A stretch of 64,000 nucleotides of DNA, taken from NCBI GenBank assembly GCA_963662545.2, contig CAXXLL010000002.1, positions 96,001-160,000 of the forward strand, read 5' to 3'. Every line of letters begins with the position of its first letter. Position 1 is the stretch's first letter. Positions 1-9,575 of the stretch are shown piece after piece. The translations under genes and the position numbers were made by a program. This DNA comes from Gammaproteobacteria bacterium. GTDB lineage: Bacteria; Pseudomonadota; Gammaproteobacteria; Ga0077536. The notes beneath the pieces are model-generated. The model saw nothing but the letters and a program-made list of their open reading frames with translations, searched no databases and had not been told where the DNA came from.

Positions 1-2022
1 TATCAGGCCATCCCGACCAGCCAAACCTTCGGCGTGGTGAATGATTCCGCGCGCATCGTGCTGATGATCGACGAGGCGCACCGCACCCAGGGCTCGGACC
101 TGGGCGATAACCTTTTTGAGGCGTTTCCCAATGCCGCGCGTATCGCGTTTACCGGTACGCCGCTGATCACCGAGCGCCACGGTGAGAAGAAAACTATCGC
201 GTGCTTTGGCGATTACATCGATACCTATCGTCTAATGGATGCGGTTAACGACGGCACTACTCTGCAGATCCTTTATGAGGGTCGCACCGCCGATGCCGCG
301 CTGAACGACAAGCACGGCTTTGAAACCCAGTTCGAGAACCTTTTTAAGGATCGCGGCGAAGACGAGCTGCTCGCGATCAAGAAGAAATACGGCGCCACCG
401 GCGATTTGCTGGAGGCCGAGCAGCGCATTGCCGCGATTGCCAGGGACATGGTGAAGCACTATCTGGAGCATATTTTTCCCAATGGCTTCAAGGCGCAGGT
501 GGTGTGCCACTCGAAGTTGGCGGCATATCGTTATCAGCAGGCCATTCATGCGGCGCTGGCTGAAACGCTGACCGAACTGGAGGCGGCAGCCGAGCCGGAT
601 GTCGAGCTGATCAAAAAGCTGCGGTTCCTGAAAGCGGCGGTGGTGATCTCCGGCGATGGCACGAATGAGGCGGCCTATATCACCGAGGCACGCAAACAGG
701 CCAGGGCCTGGAATGCGGTTGATAATTTCTGCAAGCCATTTGCATTCGACGATCCGGACAAACCTTATGCGGGTATCGCTTTTCTGGTGGTGTGCGACAT
801 GCTGATCACGGGCTTCGACGCCCCCATCGAACAGGTGATGTACATCGATAAAAAGATCCGGGAACACACCTTACTGCAGGCCATCGCCCGCACCAACCGG
901 GTGAAGAAGGGCAAGAAGCGAGGTTATGTAGTGGACTACATCGGTCTCACGGATAACCTTACCGATGCCCTGACCCTGTACGCGGCCGCCGATGAACAGC
1001 AGGAACTGGCACAGGGTTTGAAGAGCATTGCCTCGGAAGTGCCGGTGCTGGAAGAGCGCTATCAGCGCTTGCTGCAGTTATTCACCGAACACAAGGTGGC
1101 GAATGTGCGCGAGTTCGTTGAAGGCACGCTGGCATCCATCGAGGAGGATGCCGCTGTAGTGCATGAGGCGGTGAAGCTGCTCAAAGACGAGAAAATCCGC
1201 GCTGATTTTGATGTTTATCTAAAGAAATTCCTGATGAGCCTGGACATTATCCTTCCGCACCGTTCCGCCCATGCGTACCGTGTACCCGCCAAACGCCTCG
1301 GATATATCTTGCGTGTGACCAAGGAGCGCTACAAGGACACCAGCCTCAATCTGGGCGATGCCGGGCAGAAGGTGCGCGACCTGATCAACGAGCATTTGAT
1401 AAGTCTCGGCATCAATCCCAAGGTGCCGCCGGTGGAGTTGCTGTCGGAAGACTTCATCGCCAACCTGAACCAGCACGCCGCCGGGAATGCAGAGGCCAAG
1501 GCCAGCGAGATGGAACACGCCATCCGTAAGCACTGCACGGTGCATAACGATGAAGACCCTGCGTTCTACAAGAGCTTGTCGGAGAAGGTGGAAAACCTGA
1601 TCGACCAATATCAGGACCAGTGGGAAAAACTTGCCGAGGAGTTGGAGAAGTTGCGTACCCGCGCCATCGACGGCCGCACAAAGGGCGAGGAGGGCATGAG
1701 CAAAGAGGCCACGACCTTCTATGAGCACATCGCTAATGAAGCCTTCAAGGATGGCGACGTACCGGCCAGCGCCAAACCCAAAATGAAAGCGCTCATGGCG
1801 GCGATTGTCGATACGCTACAAGACAGCATTGGCAGTATCGATTTCTGGAACAACAGCGATAAGCAGAAGAAAACGCGCAGCGAAGTGAAAACAGCCCTGA
1901 CCCTGACTGGCATCGCCGAGCTGAAGATCAACCGTGAACGCGTTGCAATCGAGATCATGAAGCTAGCAAAGAACCGCCATGATGAACTGCTCAAGGGCGC
2001 AGCCAAGGTAGAAGACGCATGA
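1..2022 (+). CDS. hsdR: Type I restriction-modification endonuclease subunit R, 5' end outside window
   Basis: Frame open from base 1. SF2 helicase motifs IDEAHR, FTGTP, TGFDAP, QAIARTNR; HsdR-type helical C-terminus; followed by an M48 peptidase as is common in type I RM loci. Confidence 0.92.
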   Translation, partial: YQAIPTSQTFGVVNDSARIVLMIDEAHRTQGSDLGDNLFEAFPNAARIAFTGTPLITERHGEKKTIACFGDYIDTYRLMDAVNDGTTLQILYEGRTADAALNDKHGFETQFENLFKDRGEDELLAIKKKYGATGDLLEAEQRIAAIARDMVKHYLEHIFPNGFKAQVVCHSKLAAYRYQQAIHAALAETLTELEAAAEPDVELIKKLRFLKAAVVISGDGTNEAAYITEARKQARAWNAVDNFCKPFAFDDPDKPYAGIAFLVVCDMLITGFDAPIEQVMYIDKKIREHTLLQAIARTNRVKKGKKRGYVVDYIGLTDNLTDALTLYAAADEQQELAQGLKSIASEVPVLEERYQRLLQLFTEHKVANVREFVEGTLASIEEDAAVVHEAVKLLKDEKIRADFDVYLKKFLMSLDIILPHRSAHAYRVPAKRLGYILRVTKERYKDTSLNLGDAGQKVRDLINEHLISLGINPKVPPVELLSEDFIANLNQHAAGNAEAKASEMEHAIRKHCTVHNDEDPAFYKSLSEKVENLIDQYQDQWEKLAEELEKLRTRAIDGRTKGEEGMSKEATTFYEHIANEAFKDGDVPASAKPKMKALMAAIVDTLQDSIGSIDFWNNSDKQKKTRSEVKTALTLTGIAELKINRERVAIEIMKLAKNRHDELLKGAAKVEDA

Positions 2023-2726
2023 ATGCCCGCCGCGTGAGAGACATCGATTACCAATTGCTGCCGGGGAGCAAGCGTAAAACGACAGATATCGTAATAGAGC
2101 GCGATGGTGTCGTGTCTGTGCGCCCGCCCGCCGATTACACCCCGGAGCAGGTCGATGCGGTGGTGGAAAGCAAACGCATGTGGATCTACCGCAACCTCGC
2201 CGACTGGAAGGATTTGAACGCCAGCGCGGTCGTGCGCGAATGGGTTAATGGTGAAACGTTTCTGTACCTTGGTCGCGCGTATCGGTTGTCCCTAGTATCC
2301 GATCAGGTTTGCGCCGTACAGCTCAAGGAGGGTCGATTCTGTCTGGATCGTGCGCTTATCGAACAGGGTGGCACGGCGGCGGCACGGCAAGCCTTTGAAG
2401 CCTACTTTTCTGATAAAGGCACGCACCGCATTACCGAACGTGTGGCTTACTTCGCGCCGAAAGTGGGCGTGAGGATGGCCCGCGTAAAAGTGAAAGATAT
2501 GGGGTATCTCTGGGCGAGTTGCGGCAAGAACGGCACGCTCAACTTTCACTGGAAGTGCATGATGGCGCCGCCGAAAATCATCGACTACATCGTGGTGCAT
2601 GAGCTGTGTCATCTCCATTACCGTAACCACAGCGATGCATTCTGGAACGAGGTGGATAAAGTGATGCCGGATTATCGCGAACGGAAAGAATGGTTGCGGA
2701 AGCACGGTGCCAGCCTGGATGTTTAG
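2019..2726 (+). CDS. M48-family (YgjP/DUF45-like) zinc metallopeptidase
   Basis: HELCH (HExxH) motif in IIDYIVVHELCHL...H...FW; start overlaps hsdR stop (ATGA). Confidence 0.88.
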   Translation: MNARRVRDIDYQLLPGSKRKTTDIVIERDGVVSVRPPADYTPEQVDAVVESKRMWIYRNLADWKDLNASAVVREWVNGETFLYLGRAYRLSLVSDQVCAVQLKEGRFCLDRALIEQGGTAAARQAFEAYFSDKGTHRITERVAYFAPKVGVRMARVKVKDMGYLWASCGKNGTLNFHWKCMMAPPKIIDYIVVHELCHLHYRNHSDAFWNEVDKVMPDYRERKEWLRKHGASLDV

Positions 2727-2830
2727 CGGAAAGTGGCAGAGGACTTATGCGTGGCCCATAGCAACCAGCCGATTGGTACTCGTATGAGAATTTTCGCTTG
2801 CGCATGTGGGATAGCCACAAGGCACTAGGG

Positions 2831-3997
2831 ATGGCCAGCCAGTACTCGCATTTGCAGTTTTTCCGCCGCGTCCCGAACGAACTGCTGGCCCGCTATTTTT
2901 CATCGCAAGACGTAGCGCTTGGTCTTGATCTGACGAAGCTCAAACCCACCGAAGTGGAACCGCTACTCAGTGCCTTCATGCAGCTCGATGACGAACGCCA
3001 GGCCGGGATGGAAGCTGAGTTTCAGGATATGCATGCACTAGCCTGTGAGGGCGGTGTGGCCGCTTTGATAGATGAGGCGGCGTTTCATCCCGGCGACAGC
3101 TTCGTCTTCGAATTGGCGAAGCAGGAAGGCTTTCACGCGAAGGTCATGTGGGCGTTTCTGGAAAGGCACGCGTATTGGCGCGGCGCTAAGATGTTCCTGC
3201 ATGCGGATAACGTGAGTCCGTCGTACTGGAAGAAGCGGAATGATTTACCGAAGCTGCCGCCGCACGTAGACGACTCGGATATAGGGGCGTTGGCCACGGC
3301 GATCAGTGCATTGTTCGTTAAGGAAGGCCGCGGCAAGAACTGCAAGGTTGAGCCGTACCGGAGGCACAATCGCGAGTACTTTTTCGCGTACCCGGAAGAC
3401 TTTGCACAGCTCGGCATTGAGTGGATAAGCAACACGCTGAAGACACTGCCGCACCATCCGGCTTTTGAGATCATCTTTGTCTACTGCGAAGAAGAAGGTC
3501 CTCTGGATATTTATGCGCCGCGCAATACCAAGGCGGTTCCGGACTTGCAGCGCGCGTTTGCCAAGACGATTCTTAAGCTGGAAACGTTAGCCGACGGCAC
3601 GATAGACAAACGCGTGTATGACCTAACTCCGCTACAGGATGCGAATTTCAACTTTACAATTGCGCCAACCAGCGGAATAGCGAACGTGGTGGTAACGCTC
3701 ATGCGTTTAACGTTGCAGCACGGAACCAAGCGACGAATAACCCTAGAGGCAGACACCAAAAGCAATAGAAAGGCGGTGTACGATTTGCGGGATAGTCTGC
3801 AACTGCCTGCACATCACATCACGCAACTCGGTGTGAGAGTGACCTTCGAGTCGGTAGATGGGAAACGAGCGAGAATGCGCACATTCAATATCACATATCC
3901 TAATTCCTGTGCGCTCAACAATGACGGGTTGGACTTGAAGATCCGGAACATGCTGAACGACTCGGGCATCGAACCACGGGCGGCGGGAGCCGGTTGA
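2831..3997 (+). CDS. Uncharacterised island protein (~388 aa)
   Basis: Long ORF with protein-like composition; ATG at 2831 preceded by AGGG; no motif recognised. Confidence 0.75.
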   Translation: MASQYSHLQFFRRVPNELLARYFSSQDVALGLDLTKLKPTEVEPLLSAFMQLDDERQAGMEAEFQDMHALACEGGVAALIDEAAFHPGDSFVFELAKQEGFHAKVMWAFLERHAYWRGAKMFLHADNVSPSYWKKRNDLPKLPPHVDDSDIGALATAISALFVKEGRGKNCKVEPYRRHNREYFFAYPEDFAQLGIEWISNTLKTLPHHPAFEIIFVYCEEEGPLDIYAPRNTKAVPDLQRAFAKTILKLETLADGTIDKRVYDLTPLQDANFNFTIAPTSGIANVVVTLMRLTLQHGTKRRITLEADTKSNRKAVYDLRDSLQLPAHHITQLGVRVTFESVDGKRARMRTFNITYPNSCALNNDGLDLKIRNMLNDSGIEPRAAGAG

Positions 3998-4001
3998 AGC
4001 C

Positions 4002-4793
4002 TTGAACATAGCGCAAGCGCTGGGTGATTTGCTGGCAGGTGTCGAGGCCGGGGTGGGTAGGACGATTATTGGTTATGACGCGGTATCGGCTTGGGATGCG
4101 ACGATCCTGGATACGTTCATATCGCTCGGCCTTCTCAAACCAGCGTCGGCGGCGCAAAGCCTTGAGTGCAAGGGCTGCGAGGAGCGCTGCTTCACCGATG
4201 TCGTGGTGCAATCGTCCAAGGAGGGCGAGGACCGTGCATTTGTGGTCTGCGAGGTACCTCACAAGCGGGAAGAAATGGGGCGAGTGCCAGTGCGCATGGA
4301 GCGCCTCGGCCAATGGCTTTGCAATGCAGAGCTACTTGCGCAGTTCATCGCCGCGCAGTTGGGTCTGTCTAACGAGTTTGCAGCAGGTAATGATTCGCGG
4401 TCGATTCGATTGGGCATGCTGAAAGGGCCGGAAGGTCGACGTTGGGTAACGTTGCTGACCGTGCCGCTGGCGCTGGAAGTTAATCAGCAGAACGTGCCGC
4501 TCTCTGAGCTGCTATTTGCGGATGACGGTGAGATCGCACTGGACGTTGCGCGTATTCAGTCTTTACTGGACATGCCTGCCGGTACAGCCGGAAAGTCATA
4601 TACGCCGAGTACCAGTGGGCGGGAAGCGCGCAAGCTGGCGACTCAGGCCATGTATCAGGATTGGCAGGATGCTTACGATTCGCTTCGCGAAGAACATCCT
4701 GACCAGACCAAGAAATGGTATGCGTTAAGACTTGCCCGCACGCCGGTGGCGCGCCGCCGGGACTCGGAAACTATTCGCAAAAATATAAAGTGA
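4002..4793 (+). CDS. Uncharacterised protein with Cys cluster (CKGCEERC...C) and basic helical C-terminus
   Basis: 263-aa ORF 4 bp after the previous gene; TTG start; possible Zn-binding and DNA-binding regions. Confidence 0.7.
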   Translation: MNIAQALGDLLAGVEAGVGRTIIGYDAVSAWDATILDTFISLGLLKPASAAQSLECKGCEERCFTDVVVQSSKEGEDRAFVVCEVPHKREEMGRVPVRMERLGQWLCNAELLAQFIAAQLGLSNEFAAGNDSRSIRLGMLKGPEGRRWVTLLTVPLALEVNQQNVPLSELLFADDGEIALDVARIQSLLDMPAGTAGKSYTPSTSGREARKLATQAMYQDWQDAYDSLREEHPDQTKKWYALRLARTPVARRRDSETIRKNIK

Positions 4794-5009
4794 AAAAGTT
4801 GGGCGGAAACTTTTCGCCCACGATACCTCTCTGATTCCGAAAGGAATTAAAGCTGGCCGCAATGGTAACGCCGGTTTCTTGCGGGGCGAATAACCCACTG
4901 AAAACCTGAAGAAGCGCACGATTTCGCGCGAGCCGCGACCTGATCCAATCGCCCAATTCGCCCATGCACCGTGGAACCTCATTCCTATTTGAACTTATGA
5001 GGTTTCATC

Positions 5010-5216
5010 ATGGCGCACGTCATATTAAGGCTACCTGAAATCATTGCCCGCACCGGGCTGTCGCGCAGCAGTATCTATTTGAGGATCTCGAATGGCGAAT
5101 TTCCGCGCTCTGTGTCGCTGGGAGGCAGAGCAGTGGGCTGGCTGGAGGAGGACGTGGAGCGGTGGTTGGCCGAGAAAGTTGAGGCCAGTCGCGAGGGGCG
5201 CGCGTGCCAAAGCTAG
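5010..5216 (+). CDS. alpA: AlpA-family transcriptional regulator / excisionase
   Basis: ILRLPEIIARTGLSRSSIY...GEFPRSVSLGGRAVGWLEEDVERW is the AlpA signature; RBS GAGG upstream. Confidence 0.92.
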   Translation: MAHVILRLPEIIARTGLSRSSIYLRISNGEFPRSVSLGGRAVGWLEEDVERWLAEKVEASREGRACQS

Positions 5217-5671
5217 TGAATCCCAATCTGGCGAAGATCCACCGGAACTACACCGTGGAAGATGTCGCTGCGTTATTCGGCGTTCATAAGAATACGGTAC
5301 GGAGCTGGATCAAATGTGGCCTGCCACTTTTAGATGACCGGCGGCCCAGTCTGATCCTTGGCGTCGAATTGCGAGGCTTCTTGCAGAAGAAAAGGCAGTT
5401 GCGAAAACGACGATGTACGCGGTTTGAAATTTACTGCTTGCGCTGCCGCGCGCCCAAACGCCCGGCTGAAAACATGGTCGATTATTCGCGTTTGAGCGAG
5501 TCGTCCGGGCGTCTCATCGGCCTTTGTCCAGATTGCCACAGCGTGATTAACCGGTACGTGAACGTGGCCAGCCTGGCAGAGATCCGGGTCGTTTTAGATG
5601 TTTCGATCCCGACAGCGGAGAAACACATAAACAAGAGCAGCGCTCTCCCCGTAAACAGTGACTTCAGCTAG
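5204..5671 (+). CDS. Excisionase-like HTH protein with C-terminal Zn ribbon
   Basis: YTVEDVAALFGVHKNTVRSWIK winged-HTH pattern; CLRC...CPDC zinc ribbon; overlaps alpA. Confidence 0.8.
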   Translation: MPKLVNPNLAKIHRNYTVEDVAALFGVHKNTVRSWIKCGLPLLDDRRPSLILGVELRGFLQKKRQLRKRRCTRFEIYCLRCRAPKRPAENMVDYSRLSESSGRLIGLCPDCHSVINRYVNVASLAEIRVVLDVSIPTAEKHINKSSALPVNSDFS

Positions 5672-5683
5672 AGGGCTCAAACC

Positions 5684-6787
5684 GTGAAGAAACACCATCC
5701 CGATAACGAGCGTTTTAAGCGCAAATACTTTGTGTTTTTGAAGGAGGCCAAGCGTCAGAGCGAATCCTCAGTAGACGCTGTTGCAAAGTCCATCAATCGA
5801 TTCGAGTCATATACAAAATGGCGCGACTTTAAAGCCTTCCGTTTTGAGCAGGCAGTAGGTTTCAAGGCACATCTAGCGAAACAGCGAAATGGGAAAACCG
5901 GCGCCGCTTTGAGCAAGGCGACCATGAACTCGACGTTGCGCGCCCTGAAAACATTTTTCCAGTGGTTGGCGATGCAGCCAGGATATAAGTCCCGGATTAG
6001 CTATACCGACACCGAGTATTTCAACTTGTCTGAAAAAGACGCCCGAGTTGCGACGGCCAGACGAAACCGGGCGTATCCAACGCTAGAGCAGGTAAAACGG
6101 GCTATTGCGATGATGCCCAACGGTACGGCGATTGAGCGGAGGAATCGGGCACTGGTTGCGTTCACATTACTGACCGGCGCGCGGGATAGAGCGACTGCCT
6201 CGCTGAAGCTGAAGCATGTGGATCTCGAATCCAGAAGCGTTTTTCAGGACGCGCGAGACGTAAACACGAAAGCCAGCAAAACATTCACGACCTATTTTTT
6301 TCCGATAGATGATGAAATTAAAAAGATCGTGCGCGAGTGGGTGACGTACCTGAAAGAAGAATTATTTTTTGGCCCGGACGATCCGTTGTTCCCCAAAACA
6401 GAGGTGAAACAAGGAGCGGCCAGAGTGTTTGAGCCGGTGGGCGTTAAGCCGGAGCACTGGAGCAATGCGACGCCTATACGCAAAGTATTCAAGGATGCGT
6501 TCGAGCAGGCGGAATTGCCTTACTTTAATCCGCACAGTTTCCGCAAAACGCTGGTGCAGCTTGGCGAAACTGTTTGTCAGAGTCCGGAAGAGTTTAAGGC
6601 GTGGAGTCAGAATCTCGGCCACGAGGGCGTGTTGACTACCTTCCTCAGTTACGGCGAAGTGCAGGAGAGTCGCCAGGCAGAGATATTCCGGTCGCTTCAG
6701 GATTCAAGGCTTAGCCCTGATTCGCAGAGCGCAAGCGAATTTGCGAAAGCCGTGGCGCGTGAGATGAAAGCGCAGTCCGAAGCGTAG
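5684..6787 (+). CDS. Tyrosine recombinase / site-specific integrase
   Basis: Catalytic set present: TGARD (R), HSFR (H-x-x-R), LGH, SYG (Y). Confidence 0.88.
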   Translation: MKKHHPDNERFKRKYFVFLKEAKRQSESSVDAVAKSINRFESYTKWRDFKAFRFEQAVGFKAHLAKQRNGKTGAALSKATMNSTLRALKTFFQWLAMQPGYKSRISYTDTEYFNLSEKDARVATARRNRAYPTLEQVKRAIAMMPNGTAIERRNRALVAFTLLTGARDRATASLKLKHVDLESRSVFQDARDVNTKASKTFTTYFFPIDDEIKKIVREWVTYLKEELFFGPDDPLFPKTEVKQGAARVFEPVGVKPEHWSNATPIRKVFKDAFEQAELPYFNPHSFRKTLVQLGETVCQSPEEFKAWSQNLGHEGVLTTFLSYGEVQESRQAEIFRSLQDSRLSPDSQSASEFAKAVAREMKAQSEA

Positions 6788-7194
6788 CGTCAGGTGTAAT
6801 AGTCAGCATCCGATCTAACAGGCAGCATCAGATCCGCTTCAGCCAGCCACGCCTAAAGCGGACACCCAACCGATAAGAAAATGATTTTGTAGACCGACTC
6901 AAATCGACTCTATGCTGTCGGGCGGCTGGGTCGCAGACGCGGTGGTCAGGCCGAGCATAGCGGCCATTGGCGATCATACCGGCGATCCGCTATCGCGACC
7001 GTATCGGGACAACGCCGCATGCAGCGAGCAGGCGTTCTCATTTAATATCGGGCAACATATCGAGAGACTTCCATCGAAAGCAGCGGTCCGAATGAAGTCC
7101 GTGAGGACCGAAACGGGTCGCAGAGGCTGCGCCGATAACCACCACTTTCGCGCCTTCGGGATGAACGTCTGTTAACCTAGAGTGATCAGAAGCC

Positions 7195-8733
7195 ATGTCT
7201 TTCGTTTTTCTGAGCCATGCCAGTGCAAACAACGCGCAGGCCCTCGCGCTCGCACAGTGGCTCGAAGGCAATGGCTGGGCGGATTATTTTCTTGACATCT
7301 CGGAAACCCGCGGTCTGATCCCCGGAAGCCAGTGGCAGAACGCGCTCAAATACGCCTCTCATCGCTGCGAAGCGGTGGTCTTTCTCGTCTCGCGTGCGTG
7401 GCTTGACTCGAACTGGTGCGTCGCCGAATTTCTGCACGCGAAGCAACTTGGCAAAAAAATCTTTGGTGTGCTCATCGAAGACATTCCCATCGAAGAGTTG
7501 CCCAATGAACTGACCACGGAGTGGCAGCTATGTGACCTGGTAAATGGCGAGGCCAGGGCGTCGTTCGACGTTGTGCGCGAACCCTTTGTGCCGCCGAGTC
7601 GCGTTGACCTGCCGGAGCTGGGACTCACTGCACTCAAGCGTGGGTTGAAGAGAGCGGGCCTCGAAGCCACCGCCTTTCCCTGGCCGCCAGAGAACAAACC
7701 CGAGTGCGCGCCTTACCGCGGCTTAAAGCCCTATGAGGCGAAAGACGCGGCGATTTTCTTCGGGCGTGATGCCGCCATCGTGCGCGGCCTCGACCAGGTG
7801 CGCCAGTTGCGCGACAACGGCATCGATAAGTTGCTCGTGATCTTGGGCGCTTCGGGCGCCGGCAAATCCTCCTTCATGCGCGCCGGGCTGTGGCCGCGTC
7901 TGCAACGCGACGACCATCACTTTTATGCGCTGCCGGTCTTGCGCCCGGGACGCGCGGCGATGAACGGCGAGGAGGGGCTGGTCAGCAGTCTGGCCACCGC
8001 GTTGAGCGATGTGGGCATAACTACCGCCAGCCGCGGCGAAATGCGCGCCCGGTTTAAGGCTGATCGCGACGGTGAGGCCTTGATGGGATACGTGCAACAA
8101 CTGCGCGATGCCATCGTTGCGCGAGGCGTTAGCGATCGGTCCGAACCGACCTTCATCCTGCCGATTGACCAGGGCGAGGAGCTCTATGCGAGCGACGGCG
8201 CCGAGGAGGCGGCGCAACTACGCGCGCAGTTGGTCTGCCTGGAAAAGCGCTATGACAAACTGCCCGATCCGGGCGACCGTCCGCAGCTACTGGCCATGAT
8301 CACCATCCGCACCGATCTCTACCAACACCTGCAAACCGACGCGTTGCTGCAGGAGGTCGGGCGGCAATTTATCGACCTCACGCCGATGGATCGGTCCGAG
8401 TACAAGCGCATCATCGAAGGACCCGCTGAGCGCGCCACCGAGGCTGGAAACGCCTTGCTCGTCGAGCCGGCACTGACCGAGCAACTGCTCACCAAGACCT
8501 GCGGCGCTGACGCTCTGCCGATGCTCGCGTTCACGCTCGAGCGGCTCTATAACGACTACGGCGGGGACGGCGACCTGACGCTTGAGGAGTACCATCTTCT
8601 GGGCGGCGTCACGGGTTCACTGACGGCCGCCATCGACGCGGCGATGGCGGCACCGCAAAACGCCCCCGTGATCCCGGCAGATAAAGTTGCCCAACAGCGC
8701 CTGTTTGCGTATTCCGGCGAAGCCGATCACTGA
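7195..8733 (+). pseudogene. TIR-domain + STAND NTPase (nSTAND1-type) protein, C-terminally truncated by IS21 at 8706
   Basis: TIR motifs FLSHAS and SNWCVAEF; PYRGL..Y...DAAIFFGRD, Walker A GASGAGKSS, Walker B ILPIDQGEE, ALPMLAFTL. The last residues (AYSGEADH*) are read from the IS21 end. Confidence 0.85.
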
Positions 8734-8804
8734 TTCCATTTGATGCCGATCACCTGTTCCGGTCATGCCGATCGCTCATCGGAGCGTAGCGACGCAGGTG
8801 TAGT

Positions 8805-9563
8805 TTATTGTGCCGAGTGATCGGGCTGAGTCAAGTTCGCTTGTTTTTTCCGCATGGATTCTCCTTTTAAATTGATCGTGTAGGCGTTGTGCACGAGCCG
8901 GTCGAGGATGGCATCGGCGAGCGTGGGATCGCCGATGACCTCGTGCCATTGTTTGACGGGTAATTGCGATGTCACGATGGTCGAGTGCAACGCGTGCCGG
9001 TCGTCGAGGATGTCGAGCAGGTCCCGCCGTTGTTCAGCATTGAGTATCGCGAGTCCCCAGTCATCGAGGATGACGAGGTCAGTCTTGGCAAGCTGCGCGA
9101 GGAGCTTGTGCTAGGTGCCGTCGCCGCGTGCGAGGGTGATGTTGGTGAGCAATCGCGGGACACGGAGATAGCGTGCCGAGAAGCCGTTACGACAAGCGCT
9201 ATGAGCAATGGCGCAGGCGAGATAGGTTTTGCCGACGCCGGTGGGTCCGGTGATGAGGACGTTGAGATGGTCGTTGATGAAGCGGCAGCGGGCAAGTTCA
9301 TTGAGGGTGGATTTATCGAGGCCGCGGGGTGCGCGATGATCGATGTCCTCCACGGTGGCGTTGAGCTTGAGCTGGGCGCGGCGGAGTCGATAGGTGAGTT
9401 GCCGGTTCGAGCGTACAGCGTGCTCACGTTCGACGAGGAAGGCGAGCCGGTCGTCGAAGGATAAGTCGTTGAGGTCGGTGCGTTGCAGCTGCTCTTCGAA
9501 GGCCTGGGCCATGCCGGTGAGCTTCATGCTTTGCAGTTGGTCGAGGGTCGGATGATTCAGCAT
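8805..9563 (-). pseudogene. istB: IstB AAA+ helper ATPase with in-frame TAG at 9111-9113
   Basis: GPTGVGKT Walker A; after GDGT* the same frame continues [19 protein letters not shown]...[13 protein letters not shown]. Confidence 0.9.
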
Positions 9564-9575
9564 CGATGTTTCTCC

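Noticed and set aside
6790-7190. Short ORFs and hairpins (e.g. TCCGCTT...AAGCGGA) between the recombinase and the TIR gene
   Set aside because: They look like degenerate intergenic repeat fragments; there is no second copy in the window and no coding signal.
9111-9113. TAG in istB as programmed read-through or pyrrolysine
   Set aside because: It falls at a position that is normally Tyr, and there is no pyl machinery in view; a simple nonsense mutation is more likely.
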